Position numbers and translations under genes: made by a program
In this document: piece by piece, positions 56,164-64,000 of the stretch
How positions within the stretch are numbered: position 1 is the stretch's first letter
Layout: each line of letters starts with the position of its first letter
Notes under the pieces: model-generated
What the model was told of the DNA's origin: nothing
The model's input: only the letters and a program-made list of their open reading frames with translations
Database searches by the model: none
From: Acidobacteriota bacterium
GTDB taxonomy: Bacteria > Acidobacteriota > Terriglobia > Acidiferrales > UBA7541
Length of the DNA stretch: 64,000 bases
NCBI GenBank assembly: GCA_003224085.1
Contig: QHYK01000063.1
Span: forward strand, 2,625 to 66,624
Direction: 5' to 3'

Positions 56164-56364
56164 TCAAATCTCCGGATACATTTCGAAGAACGCTTCGATC
56201 GATTGACGAAACGTGTTCTCAATCTCTTCCTTGCTGCCTTCAATCAAGTGCATGGTGACGCGCGCGCTCCGCCCATTCTTCAGCACGACCGTTGCGTCCC
56301 GCACCTCGCCCAAATCCTCTTCCGGCAGCAGCCTCATCCCATAAATCAACGCCAGCTTCGCCAT
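56164..56364 (-). CDS. Small hypothetical protein
   Basis: MAKLALIYGMRLLPEED...SIEAFFEMYPEI; SD GAGGAG; 66 aa. Confidence 0.8.
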   Translation of the reverse strand: MAKLALIYGMRLLPEEDLGEVRDATVVLKNGRSARVTMHLIEGSKEEIENTFRQSIEAFFEMYPEI

Positions 56365-56427
56365 TTTCGTTCTCCTCAATCTGCCCAATCCAAGCAGAGC
56401 CTAGCTCCCATTTTCCCCCGCGTCAAA

Positions 56428-56453
56428 CCGTCGCGCAGGGCCGTCGCGCAGGG
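56428..56453 (+). repeat. Perfect 13-bp tandem duplication
   Basis: CCGTCGCGCAGGG x2. Confidence 0.9.
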
Positions 56454-56862
56454 CCGCCACGGGGTGCCTTCTCCCGGCGACAGTGGGAGGAGAATCTGCG
56501 GCAGACATTTACTCCTCTTCTGAAGGTGAGGCCCACACGTCTTTGTTTCAAGCTTAAGACAGCACGTTCCTCCGGTACACGGTTGAGCGGGGTTGGCAAT
56601 GCGTTTCCCTCTCGCAAGCTCGACCAAAGTTCTGCACCAAGGAGGATACCGCGTGTCGAATAAGCACACTCCCCGCTGCTTTCTTGTTCGTCTCAGTAGT
56701 ATTTCTCTCCTCTGCTTTGGATTGGCCGACGGCGGGAGTGCACGCGCCCCCTCCCGCTCAAATCTCTTTAAAGCTCAGGCACTACTGATTTCCCTGGCGG
56801 GTTGTACTCAGGCATTCGTTCCGGTTATTCTGCTCATCGGAGTAGCCATAACGGAGGCTCCC

Positions 56863-57675
56863 ATGAAGTACACCTGCAAAGCCGCCACGAAACTCTCGCT
56901 TGCCCTCGCAGTAGGCCTGGCCTTTGCGATTTCGCTTTCGGCGCAGCAGCAAGAGGGACCGCAAACGGATGCTCCGCCGCCCGTCGCGCCGAAACCCGCC
57001 CCCGCGCCGGCCCAGGCGGGCTCCGGCGAAAAAGTAATCGTTCCCGCGGGCACGCGCGTTGGCGTCGTCGTTCAGAACGGTATTTCCACGCGCAGCGCCA
57101 AGCCCGGCGATTCCGTCTACCTGCAAACTTCGTTTCCCATCACCGTCGGCAACCGCATCGTGATCCCCGTTGGCTCGTATCTTCGCGGGGAGCTCATCGA
57201 GTCCAAGCGACCCGGTCGCATCAAGGGCCGCGGTGAATTTCGCATGCGGCTGAACACGCTGATTTTCCCCACCGGCTACACCGTGGATATGAACGCCGCG
57301 CCGCGCCGCGCCGACTCCGGCGGCCGCGAAACAATGGATGAGGAAGGCAAAATTACCGGACCCGGCGACAAAGCCAAAGACGCCGGCACCATCGCCACCA
57401 CGACTGCCGAGGGCGCAGGCATCGGCGCCATCGCTACGCGCACTCCGAAAGGGGCGGGAATCGGCGCGGGAATTGGCGCGGCCGTGGGCCTTGCTGCCGT
57501 GTTGCTCACGCGCGGTCCCGAAGCCGAAATGCCCCGCGGCTCCACCATGGACGTCGTCTTCGAGCGCCAGCTTGTACTGGACGGCAGCCAGATCCAGTTC
57601 ACCAACCTCGGGCAATTCAATTCGGTCGTGCAGCCGCCTGTCCGCCGCCCCGATGACCGCGACCGCCCGTACTAG
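56863..57675 (+). CDS. Secreted TrbI/VirB10-like beta-domain protein with Gly-zipper
   Basis: Signal peptide, VPAGTRV.V......ST..AKPGD.V, IPVGS.LRG, GAGIGA repeats, EMPRGSTMDV; SD GGAGG. Confidence 0.82.
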   Translation: MKYTCKAATKLSLALAVGLAFAISLSAQQQEGPQTDAPPPVAPKPAPAPAQAGSGEKVIVPAGTRVGVVVQNGISTRSAKPGDSVYLQTSFPITVGNRIVIPVGSYLRGELIESKRPGRIKGRGEFRMRLNTLIFPTGYTVDMNAAPRRADSGGRETMDEEGKITGPGDKAKDAGTIATTTAEGAGIGAIATRTPKGAGIGAGIGAAVGLAAVLLTRGPEAEMPRGSTMDVVFERQLVLDGSQIQFTNLGQFNSVVQPPVRRPDDRDRPY

Positions 57676-58811
57676 TTTTCCACACGCCGTGTCGCGCTGG
57701 CCTCCGCTGAGTGAAACCGCAGCGGGCTGAAGCGCTCCCAATCCAAACTGACTTTTTGCTCTGTGATCCATTCGCGAACCAGCCGAGCGGTCACCGGGGT
57801 GAGCAAAATCCCGCTGCGAAAATGTCCCGTGGCCATGACCAACCCTTCCAAATCCGTCGGGCCCAGGAGGGGAAGATGGTCCGCCGAATCCGGCCGCAAG
57901 CCCGCCCAGGTTTCCTCGATGCGCGCATCCTTCAGTCCGGGAGCGAGTTCGATGGTCGCGGCCAGAATTTTTTCGATGCCGCCGGCGGTCACGCGCTTGT
58001 CGAAGCCGACGTACTCGACGGTCGCGCCGGCAAGAATCCGTCCATCATTTCGCGGCACCAGGTAGATTTTCTCCGACCATAGCACGCGGTCGATCGGCAA
58101 GTCGTCTGCGCGCAGGGCAATCATTTGCCCTTTGACGGGTTTTATCGGCGCGTACGGGGCGACTCCTTCAATCGTCCCCGAAAAGCAGCCCGCGGCAATG
58201 ACCGTCCACCGCGCTTCCACGTGTTCCCTTTCCAGAAGCAAGCCGCGACAGCGCGAGCCGTCGCGCCAGATGCCTTTCACGCCGCTCGCGGGAAAAATTT
58301 CCGCGCCGTTGCGTTGCGCCGCGGCGAATACCGCTGCCGTTAGCAGGCGGGGGTCAATGGACCCTTCCTCCGGCCGGAGCACTGCGGCCTCCACTTCGTC
58401 GCTCAGCGCCGGCTCGAGTTCCAAAGCGTCTTCGGCGCGCAGCGGCTCCGCCTTGAGCCCCAGGCCGTGATGCAGCGCAATAATCGTGCTGAGTTCCACC
58501 TGGGCTTCGCGCGAAAAAATCGCCTCCATCGTTCCTTTGCGGCGGTAGCCCGTATGCTGCCCGGAAATTTCCTCCACCCGCGCGACAAACTCCGGATACA
58601 GCGCCGCGCTTCGTTTCGCCAGCTCCACCGTGGCGATCATCCCGGGATTTTCCGGCGCCGGCGAAAGGATTCCCGCGCTGGCCCAAGACGCTTCCTGGCC
58701 CGGCTTTTGCCGGTCGAAAACGGCCACGCGCAGTCCCGCGCGCGCCAGCTCCAGCGCGATCGCGCCGCCAATCACTCCCCCGCCCGCAATCGCAGCGTCG
58801 AATTTCTTCAT
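57672..58811 (-). CDS. thiO: Glycine oxidase ThiO-like FAD-dependent oxidoreductase
   Basis: IAGGGVIG, ASWASAGIL, PVKGQMI, YLVPRNDGRILAGAT, WAGLRP, GHFRSGILLTP. Confidence 0.88.
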   Translation of the reverse strand: MKKFDAAIAGGGVIGGAIALELARAGLRVAVFDRQKPGQEASWASAGILSPAPENPGMIATVELAKRSAALYPEFVARVEEISGQHTGYRRKGTMEAIFSREAQVELSTIIALHHGLGLKAEPLRAEDALELEPALSDEVEAAVLRPEEGSIDPRLLTAAVFAAAQRNGAEIFPASGVKGIWRDGSRCRGLLLEREHVEARWTVIAAGCFSGTIEGVAPYAPIKPVKGQMIALRADDLPIDRVLWSEKIYLVPRNDGRILAGATVEYVGFDKRVTAGGIEKILAATIELAPGLKDARIEETWAGLRPDSADHLPLLGPTDLEGLVMATGHFRSGILLTPVTARLVREWITEQKVSLDWERFSPLRFHSAEASATRRVEN

Positions 58812-58862
58812 GCCGACATCTTAGCGCATCCGGCGACAAGGTTCCGATTCTTGCCTCCTGCC

Positions 58863-58924
58863 GGGCTGAAGCCCCGCCTCTGAAAACAAGCCAACAGGGA
58901 GCTCTCGCTTCGCTCGAAATGACA
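58863..58924. repeat. REP-like elements
   Basis: GGGCTGAAGCCC and CTCTCGCTTCGCTCGAAATGACA; related half-sites at 53321-53340 and 56055-56069. Confidence 0.55.
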
Positions 58925-58943
58925 GTCGGGGCGAATCGGGAGG

Positions 58944-59561
58944 CTACACCGAGCGGACCAGTTCTTCGGACAGGACCTGGGCTTTCTTGGCGAGGTTGCG
59001 GGCGCGGGCCCAGTCGCCGGCTTGCGCCGCTTCGCGCGCATCTTTGAGGAAGCCTTTGATCTTGGAAACCAGGTCGGACTGCGACGGACTCAATTTTTTG
59101 CCGCGCGTGGCCGCGAGGTTTTTTTCGGCGACGCTCAGGCTCTCGTTCGTTTCCTGCTGCGCGGCGGCGGATTCCTGCTGCGTGAGTTGCGGCGCGATGG
59201 TAGGAGCTTCCGGCGTTTTGTCCGCGTCCGCGACGGGCGCCGTGGGAGCCGGCGAAGGAGCGGGGGCGGTATGCGGCCGAGGAGGCGAGCTGCGCAGCGG
59301 AACCACCATGGCGGCAAGAGACGCGACGTCGAGGTTGAATTCCGGAGCTTCCATGTTCGCGTCGTCCGCGCCGGCGGCGCGTTCCTGGAGGATCGGATGC
59401 ACTTGAGTCGCGGTGGCCCAGGGAATGGCCGGTCTCCTGCGGAACAAGCAACCTCCAAGCAGAAAGGTCAGGGAAAGAAGCGCTAAGGAAAAAAGCAATG
59501 GCGCGCTGGGATAGAAAAGCGAGTGCCGGGAACAAGCACCGTGCTGAGCTGGGTTAACCAT
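58944..59561 (-). CDS. Putative lipoprotein with Pro-rich linker and C-terminal helical bundle
   Basis: Hydrophobic stretch ending in LLGGC lipobox; start uncertain; 17 nt downstream of the HK. Confidence 0.7.
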   Translation of the reverse strand: MVNPAQHGACSRHSLFYPSAPLLFSLALLSLTFLLGGCLFRRRPAIPWATATQVHPILQERAAGADDANMEAPEFNLDVASLAAMVVPLRSSPPRPHTAPAPSPAPTAPVADADKTPEAPTIAPQLTQQESAAAQQETNESLSVAEKNLAATRGKKLSPSQSDLVSKIKGFLKDAREAAQAGDWARARNLAKKAQVLSEELVRSV

Positions 59562-59578
59562 GATTTTGTGGGCGAGTT

Positions 59579-61462
59579 TTAGGCCGCGAGTGGCAATTCG
59601 ATCCGGAACGTGGTGCCCCGGCCAACCTCCGAAGTAAAGTTTATCGAACCGTTGTGCAGCTGAACAATTCGAAACGTGCTGGCCAGTCCGATTCCGCTAC
59701 CCCCCGGCCTGGTGGTGAAAAACAACTGGAAAATTTTTTGCTGATTTTCCGGTGGGATGCCCTTGCCGGTGTCGCCGACGGTGATTTCCGCCATTTCGCC
59801 GCGGCGGCTCAGCACCAGGCGCAATTGGCCGCCGTTGGGCATGGCTTCCGCGGCATTCAGAACCAAATTCAGCACCGCCTGCTTGAGCAAAGCGCGATCC
59901 ACATAGACTTCGGGAACGTCGATGGGCAAAAGTTGGGCGAGCTGGATGTTGGATTTTTCCAATTGGGGTTTGGCGATTTCCAGAACTTCTTTCAGGAGGT
60001 CGGCGAGCTGGGTGGCTTCGAGGCGAACGTCCATAGGGCGCGTGAAATCGAGGAAGCGTTTAACTACTTGGTCCAGTCTATCAATTTCTTTATCGAGGAC
60101 TTGCACGGCTTGCCGCGCGGAGCTATTGTCGCCGTCGAAGGACAAGGATTCCTTGAGATTTTCGAGCCAGAGGCGCATGGAGTTCAGCGGATTTTTCACT
60201 TCGTGCGCGACGCCTGCGGTGATCTTGCCGAGAGCGGCGAGGCGTTCGCTGACCTTGAGCTGCGTGTCAATGCTTTCAAGAGAATCGAGGTCGCGGAGGG
60301 TCACCAAAGCTCCGATGCGTTCACCGTCTTCCTGGATGGCTTGCACGCTGACGTTGACACGCTTGGGTCCTCCACTGGTTTCGAGGTCGGTCTCAGCCGC
60401 GATTTCACTGAGTTCGTCGCCCTCGATGCGCAGCGCGTCGTGGAGCGGATGGCCTGGCGGAAAAATATCGGTGACGCGGCGACCGAGAAATTCTCCGGAG
60501 GGAGCGCCAAGAAATTTTTCGGCGGCGGGACTCACCATGACGGCGCGCGCATCACGCGTGAAGAGGATCAAGCCGTCTTCGAGGCCGGCCATGACAGAAT
60601 TCATGTTTTCGCGCATGGTGGTGAAAATTTCGTGGACGCCGCGGAGTTGCTGGCCAACCTGGGAAATTTTGCGGCTCACCAGACCGAGTTCGTCGCTGCT
60701 GGACTCGAGAGTTTTTGCATCCGGGGAAGGCAGGTCGAACTGGCCCGCGGAGATGCGGTCCAATTGCGCGGAAATGTCGCGCAAAGGGGCGAGGGTGATG
60801 CCGCTTACGAAAGCGGCGAGCAAGGCGGAAACGATCAAGGCCACCAGCACGATAACTCCGCCGGCGCGGAGGCCGGTTTGGATCTCTTCCACCAGAAGTC
60901 CGGAGGCCACGACGACGCGCACTTCCCCAAAGGGTTTGTTGCCTTTTTTGAAAGGATATTCGACTTCGAACAATTGAGGGTTCCTGTCGGCGCGTTTCGG
61001 AGGCACGAAGAGAACCTTCATCTGATGGAGAAAACTTCGGCCGATTAGCTCCGAGAGGGAAGCCCTGCGAGGCTGGAACCTACCGAGCAAAGTGTCGTCG
61101 CTGGAAGCCAGCACCAAGCCATCGGTGTCGGCGATGGAGACTTCATAAATGAGGGGATTTTCCGTGGCGGCGTCTTTTAGCTGCGTTTGCAAGCCCTCGC
61201 TGATTTCGAAGGCATGGCGGACGTAATCGCGGATTTCTTCGGGAGCGTCCGAACCCGGGCGCAGACCGAGCTGCTTGGCTTCCACGAGCGCCTGCTGCGC
61301 CTGTTGAAAGACCTGGTGCGCGAAATCGTTCGCGCGCTTGTCCGTTTCGCGAATCAGTTGTTCGAGAAGCTGAGCGGCAAACAGGCAAGACAATACAGCG
61401 ACGACCAGAAGCACGAGGCTGGTCATTACGAGGGTGAATTTTGTGCGCAGCCGGAGCCGCAT
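59579..61462 (-). CDS. HAMP/PAS sensor histidine kinase
   Basis: TM helices, HAMP, PAS-like segment, VAHEVKNPL, NLVLNAAEAM, GSGIGLA. Confidence 0.95.
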   Translation of the reverse strand: MRLRLRTKFTLVMTSLVLLVVAVLSCLFAAQLLEQLIRETDKRANDFAHQVFQQAQQALVEAKQLGLRPGSDAPEEIRDYVRHAFEISEGLQTQLKDAATENPLIYEVSIADTDGLVLASSDDTLLGRFQPRRASLSELIGRSFLHQMKVLFVPPKRADRNPQLFEVEYPFKKGNKPFGEVRVVVASGLLVEEIQTGLRAGGVIVLVALIVSALLAAFVSGITLAPLRDISAQLDRISAGQFDLPSPDAKTLESSSDELGLVSRKISQVGQQLRGVHEIFTTMRENMNSVMAGLEDGLILFTRDARAVMVSPAAEKFLGAPSGEFLGRRVTDIFPPGHPLHDALRIEGDELSEIAAETDLETSGGPKRVNVSVQAIQEDGERIGALVTLRDLDSLESIDTQLKVSERLAALGKITAGVAHEVKNPLNSMRLWLENLKESLSFDGDNSSARQAVQVLDKEIDRLDQVVKRFLDFTRPMDVRLEATQLADLLKEVLEIAKPQLEKSNIQLAQLLPIDVPEVYVDRALLKQAVLNLVLNAAEAMPNGGQLRLVLSRRGEMAEITVGDTGKGIPPENQQKIFQLFFTTRPGGSGIGLASTFRIVQLHNGSINFTSEVGRGTTFRIELPLAA

Positions 61463-61681
61463 TCCCGGGCCCTACTCCGTTTGGGCGGGATCGCCCGCCG
61501 TGTCCATACTATTTTTAGCATGCTTCGGAGGCGAGAGGACAGGGGTAATAGTCGGCAGTTCACCGTTTGCCGTTCCACGGTTATAACAGAAGGCAAAGAG
61601 ATAGCAGAACCGGGGAGGAAAAAAGCGCTCATGGTAAACAAGATGCGGGCGGTACGAAGAGGGGCACGATATATCGTGCCC

Positions 61682-63109
61682 CTACTCGGAGTCGGGACGG
61701 TCGGTTCCGTATTCCTTGAGCTTGTTGTGGAGCGTCTTCAAGCTAATCCCTAGAAGTTCCGCGGCGCGAGTCTTGTTGTTTCCTGTGGCGCTCAGCGTCT
61801 GCAGAATGAGTTCGCGCTCCATGGCGTCCACGGTGGTGCCGACAGGAAACTTGATGGTCGAGAGATCGCTCGGGCCTTTCGCGGCCATTTTGCCGAATTC
61901 GGGCGGGAGGCAGGCGCGGGTAATGAGTTCCTTTTCGCACATGATGGCGGCGCGCTCGAGGGCGTTGCGAAGTTCGCGGATGTTGCCGGGCCAGGTGTGG
62001 CCCATGAAAATGTCCATCACTTCGGCGCCGATGCCGCGGACGTGCTTGCCGTGCTTGGTGTTGACGTCGCGTAGGATGTGCTCGACAAGGAGAGGAATGT
62101 CTTCTTTGTGTTCGCGGAGAGGCGGCAGGTGAATGTGAAAGACGTTGAGGCGGAAGTAGAGATCCTGGCGCAACTGGCCGTTGCCGACGGCTTGCTCGGG
62201 ATCTTTGTTGGTGGCGGCGACGACGCGGACGTCTACGGGCGTTTCGGTTTTGCTGCCGAGCCGGCGGACCTTGCGGTCTTCGAGGACGCGAAGGAGTTTT
62301 GCTTGCGTGGGCGCGGGCATCTCTCCGATTTCATCGAGCAGGAGAGTGCCGGCGTCGGACAATTCGAAGCAGCCGATGCGGCGCTCGGCTGCACCGGTGA
62401 AGGCTCCGCGCTCGTGGCCGAAAATTTCGCTTTCCATGAGGGATTCGGGAATCGCCGAGCAGTTGATAGCGACAAAAGGGCCGCCGGCGCGCGGAGAGAG
62501 CCGGTGAATCGTGCGCGCCACAATTTCCTTGCCTGAGCCGGTTTCGCCGGTGATGAGCACGGAGGCGGAACTCGGCGCGGCCATCTCGACGATGCGCATG
62601 ACTTCCTGCATTGGTTTGGTGCCGCCGACCAGTTCGCCCAGGCGTCCGGTTTCCCTGAGTTGGCGCTGCAGCACGGCGAGTTGGCGCGAATCGCGGGCTT
62701 TGCTAAGAGCGCGGTCCAATAGCGCGCGCAGCACGGGGCCCTTGAGAGGTTTCTCGATGTACCAGAATGCGCCCGCTTCGATGGCGGCGACGGCGCGTTC
62801 ATCGTTCCCTTTTCCGGTGATGATGATGGCGGGAACGCCGTGAAGATCCGGCCCCAGCTGCTTCAGGAGATCGAGGCCGTTCATGCCGGGGAGTTCGACG
62901 TCGGCGATGAGCGTGTCCGGCTGGTAGCCGGCGAATTTTGCAAGAACTTCCTCGGCGGAGGCGACACCGAGAACGTCGTAACCCCAGCGCTGCAGGAGCT
63001 GCTCGTAACCCTTGCGCGCGTTTTCCTCGTCTTCGACGATGAGCACACGGTCTTTGCGTTCCAGCGTTTCGACGGCCCTGACGGCCGCGCGCGCGTTTTC
63101 TTCCCCCAT
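61682..63109 (-). CDS. sigma54-dependent response regulator (Fis family)
   Basis: LIVEDE, ADVELPG, GETGSGKE, GAFTGA, WPGNIRELRN, GNNKTRAAELLGISLKTLHNKLKEY. Confidence 0.96.
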   Translation of the reverse strand: MGEENARAAVRAVETLERKDRVLIVEDEENARKGYEQLLQRWGYDVLGVASAEEVLAKFAGYQPDTLIADVELPGMNGLDLLKQLGPDLHGVPAIIITGKGNDERAVAAIEAGAFWYIEKPLKGPVLRALLDRALSKARDSRQLAVLQRQLRETGRLGELVGGTKPMQEVMRIVEMAAPSSASVLITGETGSGKEIVARTIHRLSPRAGGPFVAINCSAIPESLMESEIFGHERGAFTGAAERRIGCFELSDAGTLLLDEIGEMPAPTQAKLLRVLEDRKVRRLGSKTETPVDVRVVAATNKDPEQAVGNGQLRQDLYFRLNVFHIHLPPLREHKEDIPLLVEHILRDVNTKHGKHVRGIGAEVMDIFMGHTWPGNIRELRNALERAAIMCEKELITRACLPPEFGKMAAKGPSDLSTIKFPVGTTVDAMERELILQTLSATGNNKTRAAELLGISLKTLHNKLKEYGTDRPDSE

Positions 63110-63334
63110 GGTAGCCAGCCTCTCTCGGGCTTTCTTTGTTGAATCGCTCTTCGAGTATTTTTGCCGGACTGTTCGACTGTAGCAAGCCCCCGCGAAGTTG
63201 CCAAGACGGGCATTTCCTTAGTTTGCAGTGTTGCACTTGAATAAAGAACGGCCGGAGCAACGCTTTCGGTTGCCGCCGGCCGCATGGGGAAGCGATTTAG
63301 TCAGGTTCTTCGTTTGTGTGTCGATCGCGGCGAT

Positions 63335-64000
63335 TCACTCCTTGACGAGGTACAGCGCGCGCTCGAGTTCCAGTTCGAGTTTGGCGCCTTTGGGGAGATT
63401 GAGTTCGTGGCCGCGGCCGGATTCCATCAAGTAGGCGGTGATGGCGCCGAGAGCGGCGCCTTCGGCGGCTTCTTTCTTGTCCTTGTCTCTTACGCCTTTC
63501 ACGGCGCCGATGGCGGCACCTGCCGCGGCGGCGGCCGCCGCGTCTTGTTGCGTGCTGGTGCGGCCTTGAATCAAGCCTTCCTGATTCGGCACGGGTTTGA
63601 CGCTGTGGTCGCCGGGGACGCTCACGACTTCCGCGACGATGGGCAGATTGCCAAAGTTGGTGTGCATCTCGTCAAAGGTCAGCCAGATCTTGGCGCGCCC
63701 GGCAACGCCTGCGGGCTCGACCCGGCTGACGTGACCTTCAATTTCGGCTCCGGAAGGCAGATAAAATCCGCTGCCTGCCTCGAGCGGCTCAAGGGTCTTC
63801 ACCTTGAACGTGGAATTTTCCTGCCTGCCCTTGGTGCCGAGCTCGTCTTGCAGGCTCACCAGGAACTTCGTGCCTGGGACGACGGCAAAACTTTCCGGCG
63901 GCAAGCCATGGCGTTCGCCGTCGACGCGATGACGCGGCGGCTCGGGCGGCTGCGCGGCAGTTTGCTTCGATGATTCCTGGGCAGGTTCTTGCGCGCACAA
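63335..64000 (-). CDS. Secreted TrbI/VirB10-like protein (partial, 5' end beyond window)
   Basis: VPGTKFLVSLQDEL, LPSGAEIEGHVSRV..AG, GAAIGA Gly-zipper, LPKGAKLELEL. Confidence 0.8.
   Translation of the reverse strand: MCAQEPAQESSKQTAAQPPEPPRHRVDGERHGLPPESFAVVPGTKFLVSLQDELGTKGRQENSTFKVKTLEPLEAGSGFYLPSGAEIEGHVSRVEPAGVAGRAKIWLTFDEMHTNFGNLPIVAEVVSVPGDHSVKPVPNQEGLIQGRTSTQQDAAAAAAAGAAIGAVKGVRDKDKKEAAEGAALGAITAYLMESGRGHELNLPKGAKLELELERALYLVKE

Noticed and set aside
56461-56530. TPP riboswitch (GGGGTGCC) or glycine riboswitch (CTGAAGG, CTCAGG)
   Set aside because: No CTGAGA or ACCTGAT core; the glycine-type motifs are about 250 nt apart; wrong position relative to thiO
56863-57675. Conjugative type IV secretion system
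   Set aside because: Only VirB10-like domains; no ATPases, relaxase or pilin in the window

Overview
A GC-rich bacterial chromosomal window, most likely Acidobacteriota (inferred from the acidobacterial-type VWA protein, Oar-like TonB-dependent receptor and typical small hypothetical genes). From left to right: a partial ECF sigma factor missed by the ORF track; tRNA-Leu(CAA) with signs of an old integration event; an accessory patch with higBA; the cell-shape block mreB-mreC-mreD / mrdA-rodA-rne, split by an inverted P-loop kinase + thrC cassette; a FecR-domain gene, ppiD and PilZ; a DUF5666-TBDR-VWA operon; an accessory region (about 28.5-37.6 kb) with at least five broken genes and an HtrA-like pseudoprotease/protease/orphan LuxR operon; AKR, methyltransferase and P450; an envelope-proteostasis neighbourhood (site-2 protease, SPFH, tricorn, HK + sigma54 regulator, XRE-NfeD-flotillin, PspA); and a deacetylase, thiO and a second HK + sigma54 regulator flanked by two VirB10-like secreted proteins. 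I found no rRNA, CRISPR array or intact mobile element. The best leads for uncharacterised biology are the protease/pseudoprotease/LuxR module, the shikimate-kinase-like protein paired with thrC, a small membrane ORF with an in-frame TGA followed by a bSECIS-like hairpin, and the double-operator XRE-NfeD-flotillin unit. All family calls come from reading motifs by eye; no database search was run.
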